Of a stretch of DNA of 64,000 nucleotides, positions 37,966 through 51,274 are shown one piece after another. Below the pieces are notes generated by a model. It worked only from the letters and a program-made list of their open reading frames with translations. It searched no databases and had not been told where the DNA came from. The position numbers and the translations under genes were made by a program. The stretch is from Malacoraja senta (taxonomy: Eukaryota), in contig CM075998.1 in assembly GCA_038087875.1 (NCBI GenBank), positions 6,512,001 to 6,576,000 of the forward strand, given 5' to 3'. Within the stretch, counting starts at the first letter, position 1. The number at the start of each line of letters is the position of its first letter.

Positions 37966-38861
37966 CAGAGAGTCGGGGTAAAGGGAAACGAGAAATATAG
38001 ATAGTGATGTAGAGAGATATAAAACAAATGAATGAAAGATATGCAAAAAAGTAATGATGATAAAGGAAACAGGCCATTGTTAGCTGTTAGCTAGATGGGA
38101 ACGGGAACCTGGTGCAAGTTGGGTGGAGGAGAGATGGAGAGAGAGGGAGTGCAAGGGTTACTTGAAGTTAGAGAAATCAATATTCATACAGTAGTTATTT
38201 TTCATTCATTTGTTCTATATCTCTCTACACTGTCTATATCTCTCGTTTCCCTTTCCCGAGTATTCTGAAGAAGGGTCTCGACCCAAAACATCACTTATTC
38301 CTTCTCTCCAGAGATGCTGCCTGCCCCGCTGAGTTACTCCAGCTTTTTGTGTCTACTGTATCTGACATAAAGGAAGATGGCTGAGTTTTTTGGAGGACAA
38401 TTATTTCAGTCCCAGAGCTTTGTTGGAGGAATTCCTCAGTCTTGTGGGCTAATTACCTTCAGCAGCATCATCAATGACCTTCGCTAATCATGGTTAGAGA
38501 TTTGCTAATAACTACTACGTTCATCTCTTGCTGTGATTTCTCAGATAATGAGTAATCCTCGCCCACATGTTGCAAGACTTGTAACAGCTAGGCTTAGGGT
38601 GATGTGGTGACTGATGTTGTTAGTCTGATCATGTTCCTGTGGCAGTCATTGTTGTTATTACCAAATCCCTCGCCATCCTGTCTAAGGTTTCCCATTGAAT
38701 AGAAACTTAACTGAATCAACCAGGCAAATACTGTAACTGTAGTAGCTAGTCAGAAGCAGTGTAGTAAGTGATCCAAAGATAGACACAGTCTGAAGAATGG
38801 TCTCGACCCAAAACGTCACCCATTCCTTCTCTCCAGAGATGCTGCCTGTCCTGCTGAGTAA

Positions 38862-39156
38862 AGGCCCTGTCCCACTTTTCCGAGTTACGAACTCTCCCGA
38901 GTTTTCCCCTTGATTCGAACTCGGAGAATTAAGGTAATAGCCATTCGTAGGTACTCGGGGCTATTTTTTTTACTCGTGGACATTTTTCAACATGTTGATA
39001 AAATGTCCCGACTTACCTGATGCCCTGAGTTCCTAAGGCTGGCATTACGAGCCGCTACGAGACATCTACGGACTCGCTACGGACATTCCCCGAGTTCGAA
39101 TCAAGGGGAAAACTCGGGAGAGTTCGTGAGTAACTCGGAAAAGTGGGACAGGGCCT
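38862..39156. mobile_element. PIF/Harbinger-type MITE, 295 bp
   Basis: Inverted arms of about 62 bp starting aggccctgtcccacttttccgagttac; TAA TSD at 38859-38861 and 39157-39159; splits a gctgag|taa|ctccagc repeat. Confidence 0.88.
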
Positions 39157-40137
39157 TAACTCCAGCTTTTTGTGTCTATCTTCGGTTTAAACCAGCATCT
39201 GCAGTTCCTTCCTACACGCAGTAAGTGATCCACTTCCTGGCTGTCCAACTCATCAAAGTTAACTGTCCCGTTAGGAGGACAAAGAGACTTTATGTCCAAA
39301 TCACAAAGTCTGCCTCTATCTGCTTCACTTTCCAGAAGGCTCAAGGCAGCAATGTGATGGAATATTATCAATTGGCCTTGATGTATATGATTCCAAGAAA
39401 GTACAAGAAATTCGGGCAAAGCAGTTTGCTTGATCTCCATTTAAATGACTAAACATTTGCCCTTAGTGGATTGTGGCTGCAGTGTGCGCTATGAACTGGG
39501 TGCGAAACACAACTTACTGACAACATGTCTCAAGTCTGCAACCTTCACCCCTTTAAGAAAGACAAAGAGATCAGTTACATGAGAATATCGCAAAATTCCT
39601 CCATTATCAGGCTTCTGAACAGTCCTTCCATAAGTTAGAGTACTGTTCGATTCACCTCTACCCCATTGAGGACATTCGATTTTGTCAAAGGAACTGATGC
39701 GCCACAATACTGAAAATTATATTCTGCACTCTCTATGTTTGCTGTATCTGTTATACTTTGCTCTATCTGTTATACTTGAGTTTGAACTGATTGTATCTAT
39801 GTACGGTATATCTGATCTGTTGGGATAACGTGCAAAACACTGTACTTCAGTACACATGACAATAATAAACCTAAACTTAAGTTCCTCAATTGAATATTTA
39901 ACACTATTCCCTGAACGCTGTTGGGAACACCCCAATCAGCCATGGTCACAGGAACTACAATGGTTCATGAAGGAAGCCCACTATCATCACCTCAAAGTGG
40001 TTAATATTTAGGTAATGGATTGAAAGGTAACAAAACCTGTTCTGGATTTGTAGTATCGCACAGTGTCAATTCAGAGCTATTTGAACTGTGTTACCCAAAT
40101 GAACAAATTGCCTTAATTTATTGTGGGAGCGAGCCTA

Positions 40138-40451
40138 CAGTGCATTCAGAAAGTATTCAGGCCCTTTCACTTGTCCACATTTTGTTACATTACAGCCTTA
40201 TTTTAAAATGGATTACATTATTTTTGTTTTTTATCATCAATCTACACACAATACCCCAGAATGAAGAAGCAAAAACAGGTGTTTAGAAATTTTTGCAAAG
40301 TAATTAAAAAGAAATAACTGAAATATCACATTTACATAGGTATTCAGACACTTGCTATGACACTCAAAATTGAGCTTAGGTTCATCCTGTTTCCATTGAT
40401 TATCCTTGAGATGTTTCCACAACTTGATTGGAGTGCACCCAGTAGTAAATT
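40138..40451 (+). mobile_element. Tc1-like transposon left end (IR/DR type), truncated by CR1
   Basis: TA|CAGTGCATTCAGAAAGTATTCAG start; direct repeat gtattcag at about 40153 and 40340. Confidence 0.8.
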
Positions 40452-41600
40452 GTTCCACATAAGAGATTAGTATACAAACTTAAAGCACACGGTATTGGGG
40501 GTTCAGTATTGATGTGGATAGAGAACTGGCTGGCAGACAGGAAGCAAAGAGTAGGAGTTAACGGGTCCTTTTCAGAATGGCAGGCAGTGACTAGTGGGGT
40601 ACCGCAAGGCTCAGTGCTGGGACCCCAGCTATTTACAATATATATTAATGATTTGGACGAGGGAATTGAATGCAACATCTCCAAGCTGGGGGGCAGTATT
40701 AGCTGTGAGGAGGATGCTAGGAGGCTGCAAGGTGACTTGGATAGGCTGGGTGAGTGGGCAAATGCATGGCAGATGCAGTATAATGTGGATAAATGTGAGG
40801 ATATCCACTTTGGTGGCAAAAACAGGAAAGTAGACTATTATCTGAATGGTGGCCGATTAGGAAAAGGGGAGATGCAACGAGACCTGGGTGTCATGGTACA
40901 CCAGTCATTGAAAGTAGGCATGCAAGTGCAGCAGGCAGTGAAGAAAGCGAATGGTATGTTAGCATTCATAGCAAAAGGATTTGAGTATAAGAGCAGGGAG
41001 GTTCTACTGCAGTTGTGCAGGTTCTTGGTGAGACCACACCTGGAGTATTGCATACAGTTTTGGTCTCCAAATCTGAGGAAAGACATTCTTGCCATAGAGG
41101 GAGTACAGAGAAGGTTCACCAGACTGATTCCTGGGATGTCAGGACTTTCATATGAAGAAAGACTGGATAGACTCGGCTTGTACTCGCTAGAATTTAGAAG
41201 ATTGAGGGGGGGATCTTATAGAAACTTACTAAATAAGGGGTTGGACAGGCTAGATGCAGGAAGATTGTTCCCGATGTTGGGGAAGTCCAGGACAAGGGGT
41301 CACAGTTTAAGGATAAAGGGGAAATCTTTTAGGACTGAGATGAGAAAAACATTTTTCACACAAAGAGTGGTGAATCTCTGGAATTCTCTGCCACAGAAGG
41401 TAGTTGAGGCCAGTTCATTGGCTATATTTAAGAGGGAGTTAGATGTGGCCCTTGTGGCTAAAGGGATCAGGGGGTATGGAGAGAAGGCAGGTACAGGATA
41501 CTGAGTTGGATGATCAGCCATGATCATATTGAATGGCGGTGCAGGCTCGAAGGGCCGAATGGCCTACTCCTGCACCTATTTTCTATATTTCTATGTTTCT
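40452..41600 (+). mobile_element. CR1-type LINE (subfamily B)
   Basis: ORF 40509-41504 encodes the RT C-terminal half; tail ttttctatatttctatgtttcta. Confidence 0.93.
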
Positions 41601-42199
41601 ACATGAGCTGCCTCTCACTCTACCTCAAGGGTCAAGCCACTGAGTTACTCCAGCATTTTGTGTCTATTTTCGGTGTAAACCAGCATCTGCAGTTCCTTCC
41701 TACACATCAAGTCAAGAATGTTTAACTGTCATTTTAGGTCGAGACCGCTCTTCAGAAGAAGAGTCTCGACCTGAAACGTCACCCATTGCTTGTCCAGAGA
41801 TGCTGCCTGTCCCGTTGAGTTACTCCAGCATTTTGTGTCTACCTTCGATTTATCTGCAGTGCTTTCCAACACATGTTTAACTGTCATGTGTATCAGCAAC
41901 AAAACAATTAAATTCTTACTTGCGGCAACATAGCAAACAGTAAACACGGAACTCGGAGATAACAATTGAATAAATTCAATGTTTTTTGTTTCTCACTCAA
42001 AGTTGCCCAACTTGCCCTAATTTTTTGTCTATGTTACCCTTGATTAACAGCCCAGGAATGTGGTTCTTTAATATCTGGGTACAATTTTTAACCCAATATG
42101 AGCAGTTCCTTTTTTTTGTTTATTTGTTCTGCTCTTCTGATTATATTTTAGAAAGATCTCGATAATGAGTGTTGGTCATCAGGGATCGTGCAGAGGAGA

Positions 42200-43349
42200 T
42201 TCAAGATTCAAGAGAGTTTATTGTCATGTGTCCCTGATAGGACAATGAAATTCTTGCTTTGCTTCAGCACAACAGAACATAGTAGGCATTGACTGCAAAA
42301 CAGATCAGTGTGTCCATATACCATTCTATAAATATATACATACATGAATAAATAAACTGATCAAGTGCAAATAACAGATAATGGGCTATTAATGTTCAGA
42401 GTTTTGTCCGAGCCAAGTTTAATAGCCTGATGGCTGTGGGGAAGTAGCTATTCCTGAACCTGGTCGTTGCAGTCTTCAGGCTCCTGTACCTTCTACCTGA
42501 AGGTAGCGGGGAGATGAGTGTGTGGCCAGGATGGTGTGGGTCCTTGATGATGCTGCCAGCCTTTTTGAGGCAGCGACTGCGATAGATCCTCTCGATGGAA
42601 GGGAGGTCAGAGCCGATGATGGACTGGGCAGTGTTTACTACTTTTTGTAGTCTTTTCCTCTCCAGGGCGCTCAAGTTGCCGAACCAAGCCACGATGCAAC
42701 TCTACTGTGCACCTGTAGAAGTTAGAGAGAGTCCTCCTTGACAAACCGACTCTCCGAAAATCTTCTCAGGAAGTAGAGGTGCTGATGTGCTTTCTTAATA
42801 ATTGCATCAGTGTTCTCGGACCAGGAAAGATCTTCACAGATGTGCACGCCCAGGAATTTGAAGCTCTTGACCCTTTCAACCATCGACCCGTTGATATAAA
42901 CGGGACTGTGGGTCCCCATCCTACTCCTTCCAAAGTCTACAATCAGTTCCTTGGTTTTGCTGGTGTTGAGGGCCAGGTTATTGTGCTGGCACCATATGGA
43001 CAGTTGCTCGATCTCTCTTCTATACTCTGACTCATCCCCATCAGTGATACGTCCCACAACAGTGGTGTCATCAGCGAACTTGATGATGGAGTTCGCACTA
43101 TGACCGGCTACGCAGTCATGAGTATAGAGTGAGTACAGCAGGGGGCTGAGCACGCAGCCTTGAGGTGCTCCCATGCTGATTGTTATCGAGGCTGACACAT
43201 TTCCACCAATACGAACAGACTGTGGTCTGAGAATGAGGAAGTCGAGGATCCAATTGCAGAGGGATGTGCAGAGACCCAGTTCTGCGAATTTGGTAACCAG
43301 CTTGGAGGGGATGATTGTGTTAAATGCCGAGCTGTAATCAATGAATAAC
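42200..43349 (-). mobile_element. Rex1/Babar LINE, 5'-truncated
   Basis: ORFs 42722-43465 and 42396-42692 ([39 protein letters not shown]); (cttgaa)-type tail. Confidence 0.9.
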
Positions 43350-43350
43350 A

Positions 43351-44918
43351 GGGGCGGCACGATGGTGCAACAGTAGAGTTGCTGCCTTGCAGTGCTGGAG
43401 ACCTGGGTTCGGTCCCGACTACGGGTGCTGTCTGTACAGAGTTTGTACGTTCTCCCCGTGATCACGTGGGTTTTCTCCCAAGATCTTCGGTTTCCTCCCA
43501 GTAGCAGGATCGGTCCGAGTCAGCATGAATTTACGAAGGGGAAATCATGCTTGACTAATCTTCTGGAATTTTTTGAGGATGTAACTGGGAAAATGGAAAA
43601 GGGCCAGTGGATGTAGTGTACCTGGACTTTCAGAAAGCATTTGATAAGGTCCCACATAGGAGATTAGGGCAAAATTAGGGCACATGGTATTGGGTGTAGG
43701 GTGCTGACATGGATAGAAAATTGGTTGGCAGACAGGAGATAGAGTAGGGATTAACGGGTCCCTTTCAGAATGGCAGGCGGTGACTAGTGTGGTACCGCAA
43801 GGCTCGGTGATGGGACCGCAGGTATTTACAATATATATTAATGATTTAGATGAAGGGATTGAAAGTAACATTAGCAAATTTGCAGATGACACAAAGCTAG
43901 GTGGCAGTGTGAACTGTGAGGAGGATGCCATGAGAATGCAGGGTGACTTGGACAGGTTGGGTGAGTTGGCAGATGCATGGCAGATGCAGTTTAATGTGGA
44001 TAAATGTGAGGTTATCCACTTTGGTGGCAAAAACAGGAAGGCAGATTATTATCTAAATGGTGTCAAGTTGGGGAAAAGGGGAAGTACAATGGGATCTGGG
44101 GTCCTTGTACATAAGTCTATGAAAGTAAGCATGCAGGTACAGCAGGCAGTGAAGAAAGCAAATGGCATGTTGGCCTTCATAACAAGAGGAGTCGAGTATA
44201 GGAGCAAAGAGGTTCTTCTGCAGTTGTACAAGGCCCTAGTGAGACCACACCTGGAGTATCGTGTGCAGTTTTGGTCTCCAAATTTGAGGAAGGACATTCT
44301 TGCTATTGAGGGAGTGCAGCGTAGGTTCGCAAGGTTAATTCCCGAGATGGCGGGACTGTCATATGCTGAGAGAATGGAGCGGCTGGGCTTGAATACTCTG
44401 GAATTTAGGATGAGGGGGGATCTTATTGAAACATATAAGATTATGAAAGGTTTGGACTCGCTAGAGGCAGGAAACATGTTCCCGATGTTGGGCGAGTCCA
44501 GAACCAGGGGCCACAGTTTAAGAATAAGGGTTGAGCCATTTAGAACGGAGATGAGGAAATACTTTTTCACACAGAGAGTTGTGAATCTGTGGAATTCTGT
44601 GCCTCAGAGGGCGGTGGAGGCCGGTTCTCTGGATGCTTTCAAGAGAGAGTTATGTTGAGCTCTTAAAGATAGTGGAGTCAAAGGATATGGGGAGAAGGCA
44701 GGGACAGGGTACTGATTGTGGATGATCAGCCATGATCACATTGAATGGCGGTGCTGGCTCGAAGTGCCGAATGGCCTCCTGCTGCACCTATTGTCTATTG
44801 GTATAATTGTAAATTGTCCCTCGTGTGTGTAGAATAGTGTTAATGTGTGGGGATCGCTGGTCGGTGCGGAGTCGGTGGGCCAAAGGGTCTGTTTCTGCTC
44901 TGTATCTCTAAACTAAAC
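43351..44918 (+). mobile_element. V-SINE split by a CR1 (head 43351-43500, tail 44801-44918)
   Basis: tRNA head and V-domain before the CR1; ggtataattgtaaattgtccc...tgtatctctaaactaaac after it. Confidence 0.75.
43501..44800 (+). mobile_element. CR1-type LINE (subfamily A)
   Basis: ORF 43780-44658 (RT); tail cctattgtctattg. Confidence 0.93.
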
Positions 44919-45984
44919 CTGCAAGGTCAAAATTGGATGAAAGTGGAGATCTGAGGGTTATAGCGTTGAAGGCGATGACAAATATAGTGGCAAACTTTGA
45001 GCGCAATAAGAAATTTGCATTATATCAATAGAGCTTATGAAGATAGCGTTTTACCATTGCATCATTCAAGTGGAACTATTCAAAAATATTATATAACTGC
45101 GATGAAAGCAGCAACTAAATCACCTTTAGTTTAAATCATTTAATGTCCTTGTTCATTAGCTTGGGCTGCTTCAGGCTGATTCAGATATTCTGAGTGGCTG
45201 GTTTTATCACACGATATTGCAACAGCTATCACTACAATGTGTCCATTAAAGTCCCAAATCCTTCCATTAGTAGGTTGGTTTGTATGGGCAAATAGTGATA
45301 ACAGGGCAAGCAATCGAGATGTTCCTGAAAAAGTCAGTGTATCTGACTGTGACCCTGTACAGCGGTAAGTGTCTAGCCCATTTCATTTTTAAACTCTAAG
45401 AATGTCACTGCAACGTTTAGCATTCATTGACATAACTGATCTTGCTGTGAACTTCCTGCAAAAGGACGTGCATGTGGAGAATATCAGTGACATGTTTGTC
45501 CTCGTTGAATGCACAGTGCTGTTCTGTCACAGTGATGCTGTGTCATGTGAAACACATTGTGTCACATATTTGACATGATGCATTTGAATGGAATTTAAGC
45601 AGCAACACTAGGTCTGTAATGCAGCATTGGTTGACAATATTGACCATGTTGGCTCGTGTTGTCGACCTCCCCATGGTGAGCCCTGTCAACTGACCTCAGT
45701 CAGGCAAACGACAACAAACAGACAGCCGCAGCTTGGCGCACTTTTTAGGGCGGGCACCTACAGATGTCGAACTGGATGGCATCACCCTGCTGCAGACTTC
45801 TGCTGCCTCAAACGCAAGAAGGAGAAGAAGAAAAAGGTTGACTAAAAGTGGATCCATTTTAGTTCCATAAGTCGGTTAGCTATGGGAGACCTAAACAAGA
45901 AATTGAGTAGAAATTCATCCCTGGTTAGTCATGTTTAATAGCCTGTATAGTAGTGCTAGATCATTTTACTCAACTCCCTAAATT

Positions 45985-46280
45985 GTAGAGATACAGCATG
46001 GAAACAGGCCCTTTGGCCCACTGAGTCCATGCCGACCATCGATCACCCATTCACACTAATTCTATGTTATCTCACTTTCTTATCCACTCCCTACAAACTA
46101 GGTTTATTTTACAGAGTGCAATTAACCTACATGTCTTTGGGATGTGGAAAGAAACTGGAGCAAACTCGCGCGGTTACAGGGATAACGTGTAAACTCCACG
46201 CGGACAGCACCAGAGGTTGCGATCGAACCCGGGCCTCTGATGCTGGGAGGCTGCTGCTCTACCAGCTGCGCCACTGTGTC
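45985..46280 (-). mobile_element. V-SINE (HE1-like)
   Basis: Reverse-complement copy of the SINE at 14745. Confidence 0.75.
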
Positions 46281-49200
46281 GCTGTTACATTGAAGTAGTT
46301 TAGTAAGTGCTGCTGCTAAGGGATGAATTGTGACTCAAATTTCTCATTCAATGTATACGAAGTATAAGAAATATAATGGTGAAGTGGGGCTGAATTAAGA
46401 AGGTTTGAGCCAGAGGTTGTTTTTGTGAATACAGTGCATTATGACTGCATCTTTTTGATGAATAATAAATTGGGTTTAATCTGCTTTTATGTCGTCTTGC
46501 TGCTTATTTGCATAGAATAACTGGAGCGAGCACTGATGCACAAATTGTGGAAATGTATAGAGAGGTGCAAGTGGGGACAGTATTCCAGAAATACACAACT
46601 GCAAGGTGTACAATTCTCTATGTTCTTCCGTCCCTCCCTCAAACACTGGGTGTGGTATCGAAATGGGTAAAAATATATTTATAGTGTTCATGGGAATTTT
46701 AATTTTCTCTTAACTACGTAGGAGATTTGTGTGAATGTTGGCTGGAACTATGTGTTTTTCAATAAATGTTGTGATGTAAAGTATCGTCAGGAACCGGTTA
46801 GGATCCGGCATGTTGTCAACTGTCACTCACTTGTTAGCATTATTACCCCTGAGTCAGAAAGTTATAAACGTCTCACTCTGGAGACTTAAGAAACAATGAT
46901 CAGAGGGGGGGGCACTTGAGTTGATCACAACATTTGAGTTGATCAAGGAAAGTCAGCACAGATTTGTTAGAAGCAACACACAAAGTGTTGGAATAACTCA
47001 GCGGGTCAAGCAGCCTCTCTGGATAAAAAAATAGTATACGACTCGGGTCGGAACCCTTTGGAACCTTTTGTTTTAAGAAGGGTTCCGACCTGTAACGTCA
47101 CCTGTTCCTTTTCTCTGGAGATGCTGCCTGACCTGTTGAGTTACTCCAGCTCTTTGTCTCTATCTTCGGTAATCAGCAGCATCTGCAGTTCCTTCATGCA
47201 CATTTGTTCAAAGCAAATTGTATTTGACTACACAAATAAATGTTTTTGATGAGGTGACAGAAGTGTGATGAAGGGGATGTGGTAGATACTGTTATTTTGG
47301 ATTTATTCACAGCGTTAGACAAAGTCTTAAATAAAGGCTGTTCAGTCAAATTGATGCTCATAGAATAAAGTGACTTAAGCTGACAATGTTGTCAGTAGTG
47401 AACAAGATAGTAACAAATTGCAGGGGTTCATATTCATACAGCATGGAAACAGGCCCTTTGGATGCCCCAGTTTTGCCAGTCCCACCTGCTCGCGTTTGGC
47501 CCATATCCCTCAACCTTTCCTATCCACATACATGTCCAAATAGTCATAAATAGATTGGTAGAATAGCCAGGTAATGGTGGAGAAAACATTACATGAACAA
47601 TGTGAAGTGATATAGTTCAGTGGAAAGAGGCTAAGCAACAGGATAAGCAGCAGCCATCATGTTGAACTTGCTCTGCATGTTAATAAAATCTTGACCTCAA
47701 TGCCACTGTAAGAATTGTAAGCGTTGTGAGAATGAGTCTGTGTCAGCCCAGGAGCAGCATGAACGGAAAGTTACATTTTGGGTCTTGCAAAATTTTAGAG
47801 GGCATTAGGTGACCATCTGCCATTGATATTAAAGAAAAAGATTTGCAAGTGTCCCAACTCCTATCCACACTGTGCCTGGATGCTGGGAGAGATGAAAGAC
47901 ATAAAAACGAGGTTAAAAACCCGATTGAGATAAAAATGAAAAAGTGATTTTGTTTTAAGCAAAAAATATTTCTTTAATTTAGTTTCAAAGTTAATTTTCA
48001 AAACTGTAACTTGCTGGGATGATGAATGGAATTTGAAGAACTCCAGAAAGCTGAAGAGCTGATATATTTATACTGCCACCCAGCAATAAAGCTGCGGAAC
48101 TGCAAGCATGACTGCATGCTTGTTTAAAATGGAGGAGGCAATACAATGTGACGGAATAGTGAGACCAAAAATGGAAGGTGCAACATATATGGCAAATGTT
48201 GTAATGGAGAGGTGTTGGTGCTCATTTTTGTTTCTGCATCTCCCTTCAAAGATTTGCTGCTATCTTGGTTATTTTTCTCCTCCTGTCAATGGAGCATTGC
48301 CCCATGGCAGCGAAGAAGCAACTCATAAGAACAAATCAAGTAGAATCAGGAGTGGAACATTTTCTTCTGAACATCTAAAAATCTACTAATCATAGCTTTG
48401 GCGACAATAGAATGTGTTGGGATAAAAGTTCCAGGAAAAGTGTGGTCTTTATTAGGTCCTTTCGAAACCTCTTCCTCTAACATTCATGGGGCTGTCTATA
48501 TCTCTACGCTCCCATGGTATTTACTATTCCCTTTCCTATCACCTCTAATGGCCCATACTCCTTCCATTTGAGCTAACTGCTTTATCCCTGCACCATCCTT
48601 TTCTCCTCCGCACCTTTCTGTTTTCAGTTATCTCAGCACTAACCTTTTTATCTGCATTACCGCATCATTCCTGGAGCAGATGGCAAGAGATCAAAGAGTT
48701 CCTCTACTTCAAACACTTTCTCTCCTCTCCTCTTCCACCCAACCATCTCTTCTTCTGTCCACTTCTACATTCACATGTTTTGTTATTTTCAGAATTCAAC
48801 CTCACGACTACATCAATTTTAAATCGGGGGGGGGGGGGGGGGGCAAAAAAACATCATTCTTTATTCCTTAGAGCTTATTTGTTCCTTTGGTTTCATAGAT
48901 GTACAGATTGATATTTTCTATCTGAACAAAACACATGATGTAATGATGGTAAAAGCAACCTTATCATTATCCAACCATATCACGTGTGGAGTATACATCT
49001 CCATCTGTTTATTGCCATTGTTTAGACAAGAACTTCCAACTGATTCTGCACTTCCAACAAGTCACTTTTTAATATCTACAATACTGCAGTAACCATGTTT
49101 TGGGTTGTCTGGTGTTTTCCCTAGAGAATTCCATAACACTAATGAATGACCTATGGTTGGGTGTTGCCACAGGCACATTCAATTCAATATTACTTTGTTT

Positions 49201-49410
49201 TATTTCCTGTCCTGTATATTTTTTGCCACGGATCTCCATTCTTCATGATGAGATCAGTGAATGTCTGTAGGCATTGAGTGACGATAAACATTTATTGACT
49301 AAGTATTCAGTGAATTATTTGATGTAGTCTTGGTTTCACTCAATGTTCCCTCAGTTTCCCATCAATCATGTATAGTCTTTCTGCTGACTGGTTAGCACAC
49401 AACAATACCT

Positions 49411-49443
49411 ATCTGAAGAAGGGTCTCGACCCGAAATGTCACC
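49411..49443 (+). ncRNA. Minimal hammerhead-ribozyme-like motif
   Basis: at-CTGAAGA-a-GGGTCTCGACCC-GAAATGTC-acc. Confidence 0.5.
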
Positions 49444-50361
49444 CATTCTTTCTTTCCAGAGATGCTGCCTGAGTTACTCCAGCTTTTTGTGTCTATCTTC
49501 GGTTTAAACCAGCATCTGCAGTTCCTCCTTACACAATAACTTTTCACTGTACCTCGGTACACGTGACATTGAACTGAACAGTTCAAAATTACTAATTTAA
49601 TATAGGTGTTTAAAATTTAGTTTTCCGGAAGCATGTCTTGCCTCTGTAAAATTTCCTGCTGTTATGTAATCTATCCTTATTTGAGCAAACTAAAGATTTT
49701 ACCAAATAGTTGAATTTGTCTATATCCTTGGACTGTTTAAGGTCATCCTGTCAATCCTTGTGCAGTTTATACGTGTAATTTTGCTTTTGTCTGTACTAAT
49801 ATCAAGACGTGATTTTTACTGTGCATTCAGTTCTTGTATGCTGTTTTTGTATGCCTGTTTGATTGTATGGTTGGTTATGTAGTATCCAGTGGACATTGAG
49901 GATTATCATAAAATATCTTTTGAAAACTTATTGGAAATCTGAAATAATGATGGAAATTGTTGGACTTGCTCATCAGGGTTAAAGAACTTAGAGTATGCAG
50001 CACACATATGAATCAACATCTCTTTCTCGTTCTGCTGATTGTGGGGTGAGCTGACGTAAGGAACCGTTGCTGTTTTTTTCTATTCTTTCACTTCAAAGGT
50101 CACAAAATAACTTGCTTATCCCTTTTATGCTTGCTCACTCATTAACTCGTGCACATGTTCTCCTGATAATAGATGTTCAGTTTGAGATTAATTTCTGTTA
50201 TGCTCTGTTCTCTTGGGTCTTTCTTAAAATAATACTGAAGATATTTGTGACGAAACTGCCAGAAGTGATATTTAAAAACACCTCACTACAACTGAGCCTG
50301 TACTGTTGCACCATTGAAAATTGTACTCGATCTAAATTCAGCAATGCTTATAACTCGCATT

Positions 50362-50630
50362 TGTTTAGTTTAGTTCAGAGATACAGTGCAAAAACAGGCC
50401 CTTCAGCCCACTGAGTTCACACCGACCCGTGATCACCCGTACACTAGTTCCATTCCATACACTCAGGACAATTTACAGAGGAAAATTAACCTACAAACCA
50501 CTTTGGAGTGTGAGAGGAAACCAGAGATCCCGGAGAAAACCCATGCAGGTTTCAGGGAGAATGTACAAACAGATAGCACCCGTAGTCGGGATTGTACCCG
50601 GGTCTCTCTACTGCTGCGATGCTGTGTCAC
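50362..50630 (-). mobile_element. V-SINE (HE1-like)
   Basis: gtttagtttagttcagagatacag tail and reverse V-domain. Confidence 0.7.
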
Positions 50631-50705
50631 CCTTTGTCTTTAATGTAGTTTGCTGATGCATCACAACTTTGAGCAAATCTGTCAATTTTAAGTCTAGGCT
50701 GCGGG

Positions 50706-51147
50706 ATACGATACAATGCTATATGATAGAACTTTATTTATTTATCAGGCAAAATTTGGGGAACGAGGGGGGAGGGAGATAATCTCAGTCTCAGTCTACC
50801 CCACGACAGAAGGGAGAGGAGTTGTACACTTTGATAGCCACAGGGAAGAAGGATCTCCTGTGGCGTTCTGTGCTGCATCTTGGTGGAACCAGTCTGTTGC
50901 TGAAGGTGCTCCTCAGGTTGACCAGTGATGTCACAGAGGGGGTGAGCTGTATTGTCCAGGATGCTCCGCAGTTTGAGGAGCATCCTCCCCTCCAAAACTA
51001 CCTCCCATGAATCCAACTCCAACTCCGCCCCCAGGACGGAGCCAGCCTTCCTGATGAGTTTGTTGATCCTATTGGCGCCTGCAGCCTTCACCCTGCTGCC
51101 CCAGCACACGGCAGCGAAGAAGATGGCAGTGGCCACCACCAATCTCT
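50706..51147 (-). mobile_element. Rex1/Babar-group LINE 3' fragment (second family)
   Basis: ORF 50738-51235 ([10 protein letters not shown]...[13 protein letters not shown]...ILDNTAHPL); the same 3' end occurs on + at 60685-60910. Confidence 0.75.
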
Positions 51148-51274
51148 GGCTACCACCCATCTCTGAGCTGCCTGACACATGCTTGCCCTCCACTCCCCTC
51201 GAGGCCTGTGCCAGTAATGGCGTCTTGCCCCCCAAATCAGCAGTGCCGTGCCATCTGGCGGAAATGCAAAATCA

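Larger units (their letters stand above)
35200..39900 (+). mobile_element. Highly fragmented ancient CR1/L2-group LINE remnant hosting younger insertions
   Basis: Scattered RT-like pieces, e.g. ORF 36310-36504 (W...LNSRGKLRVTVLDTK) and gttcccag...gtcttg...ttcagcagcatcatcaatgacc near 38420-38480. Confidence 0.45.
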
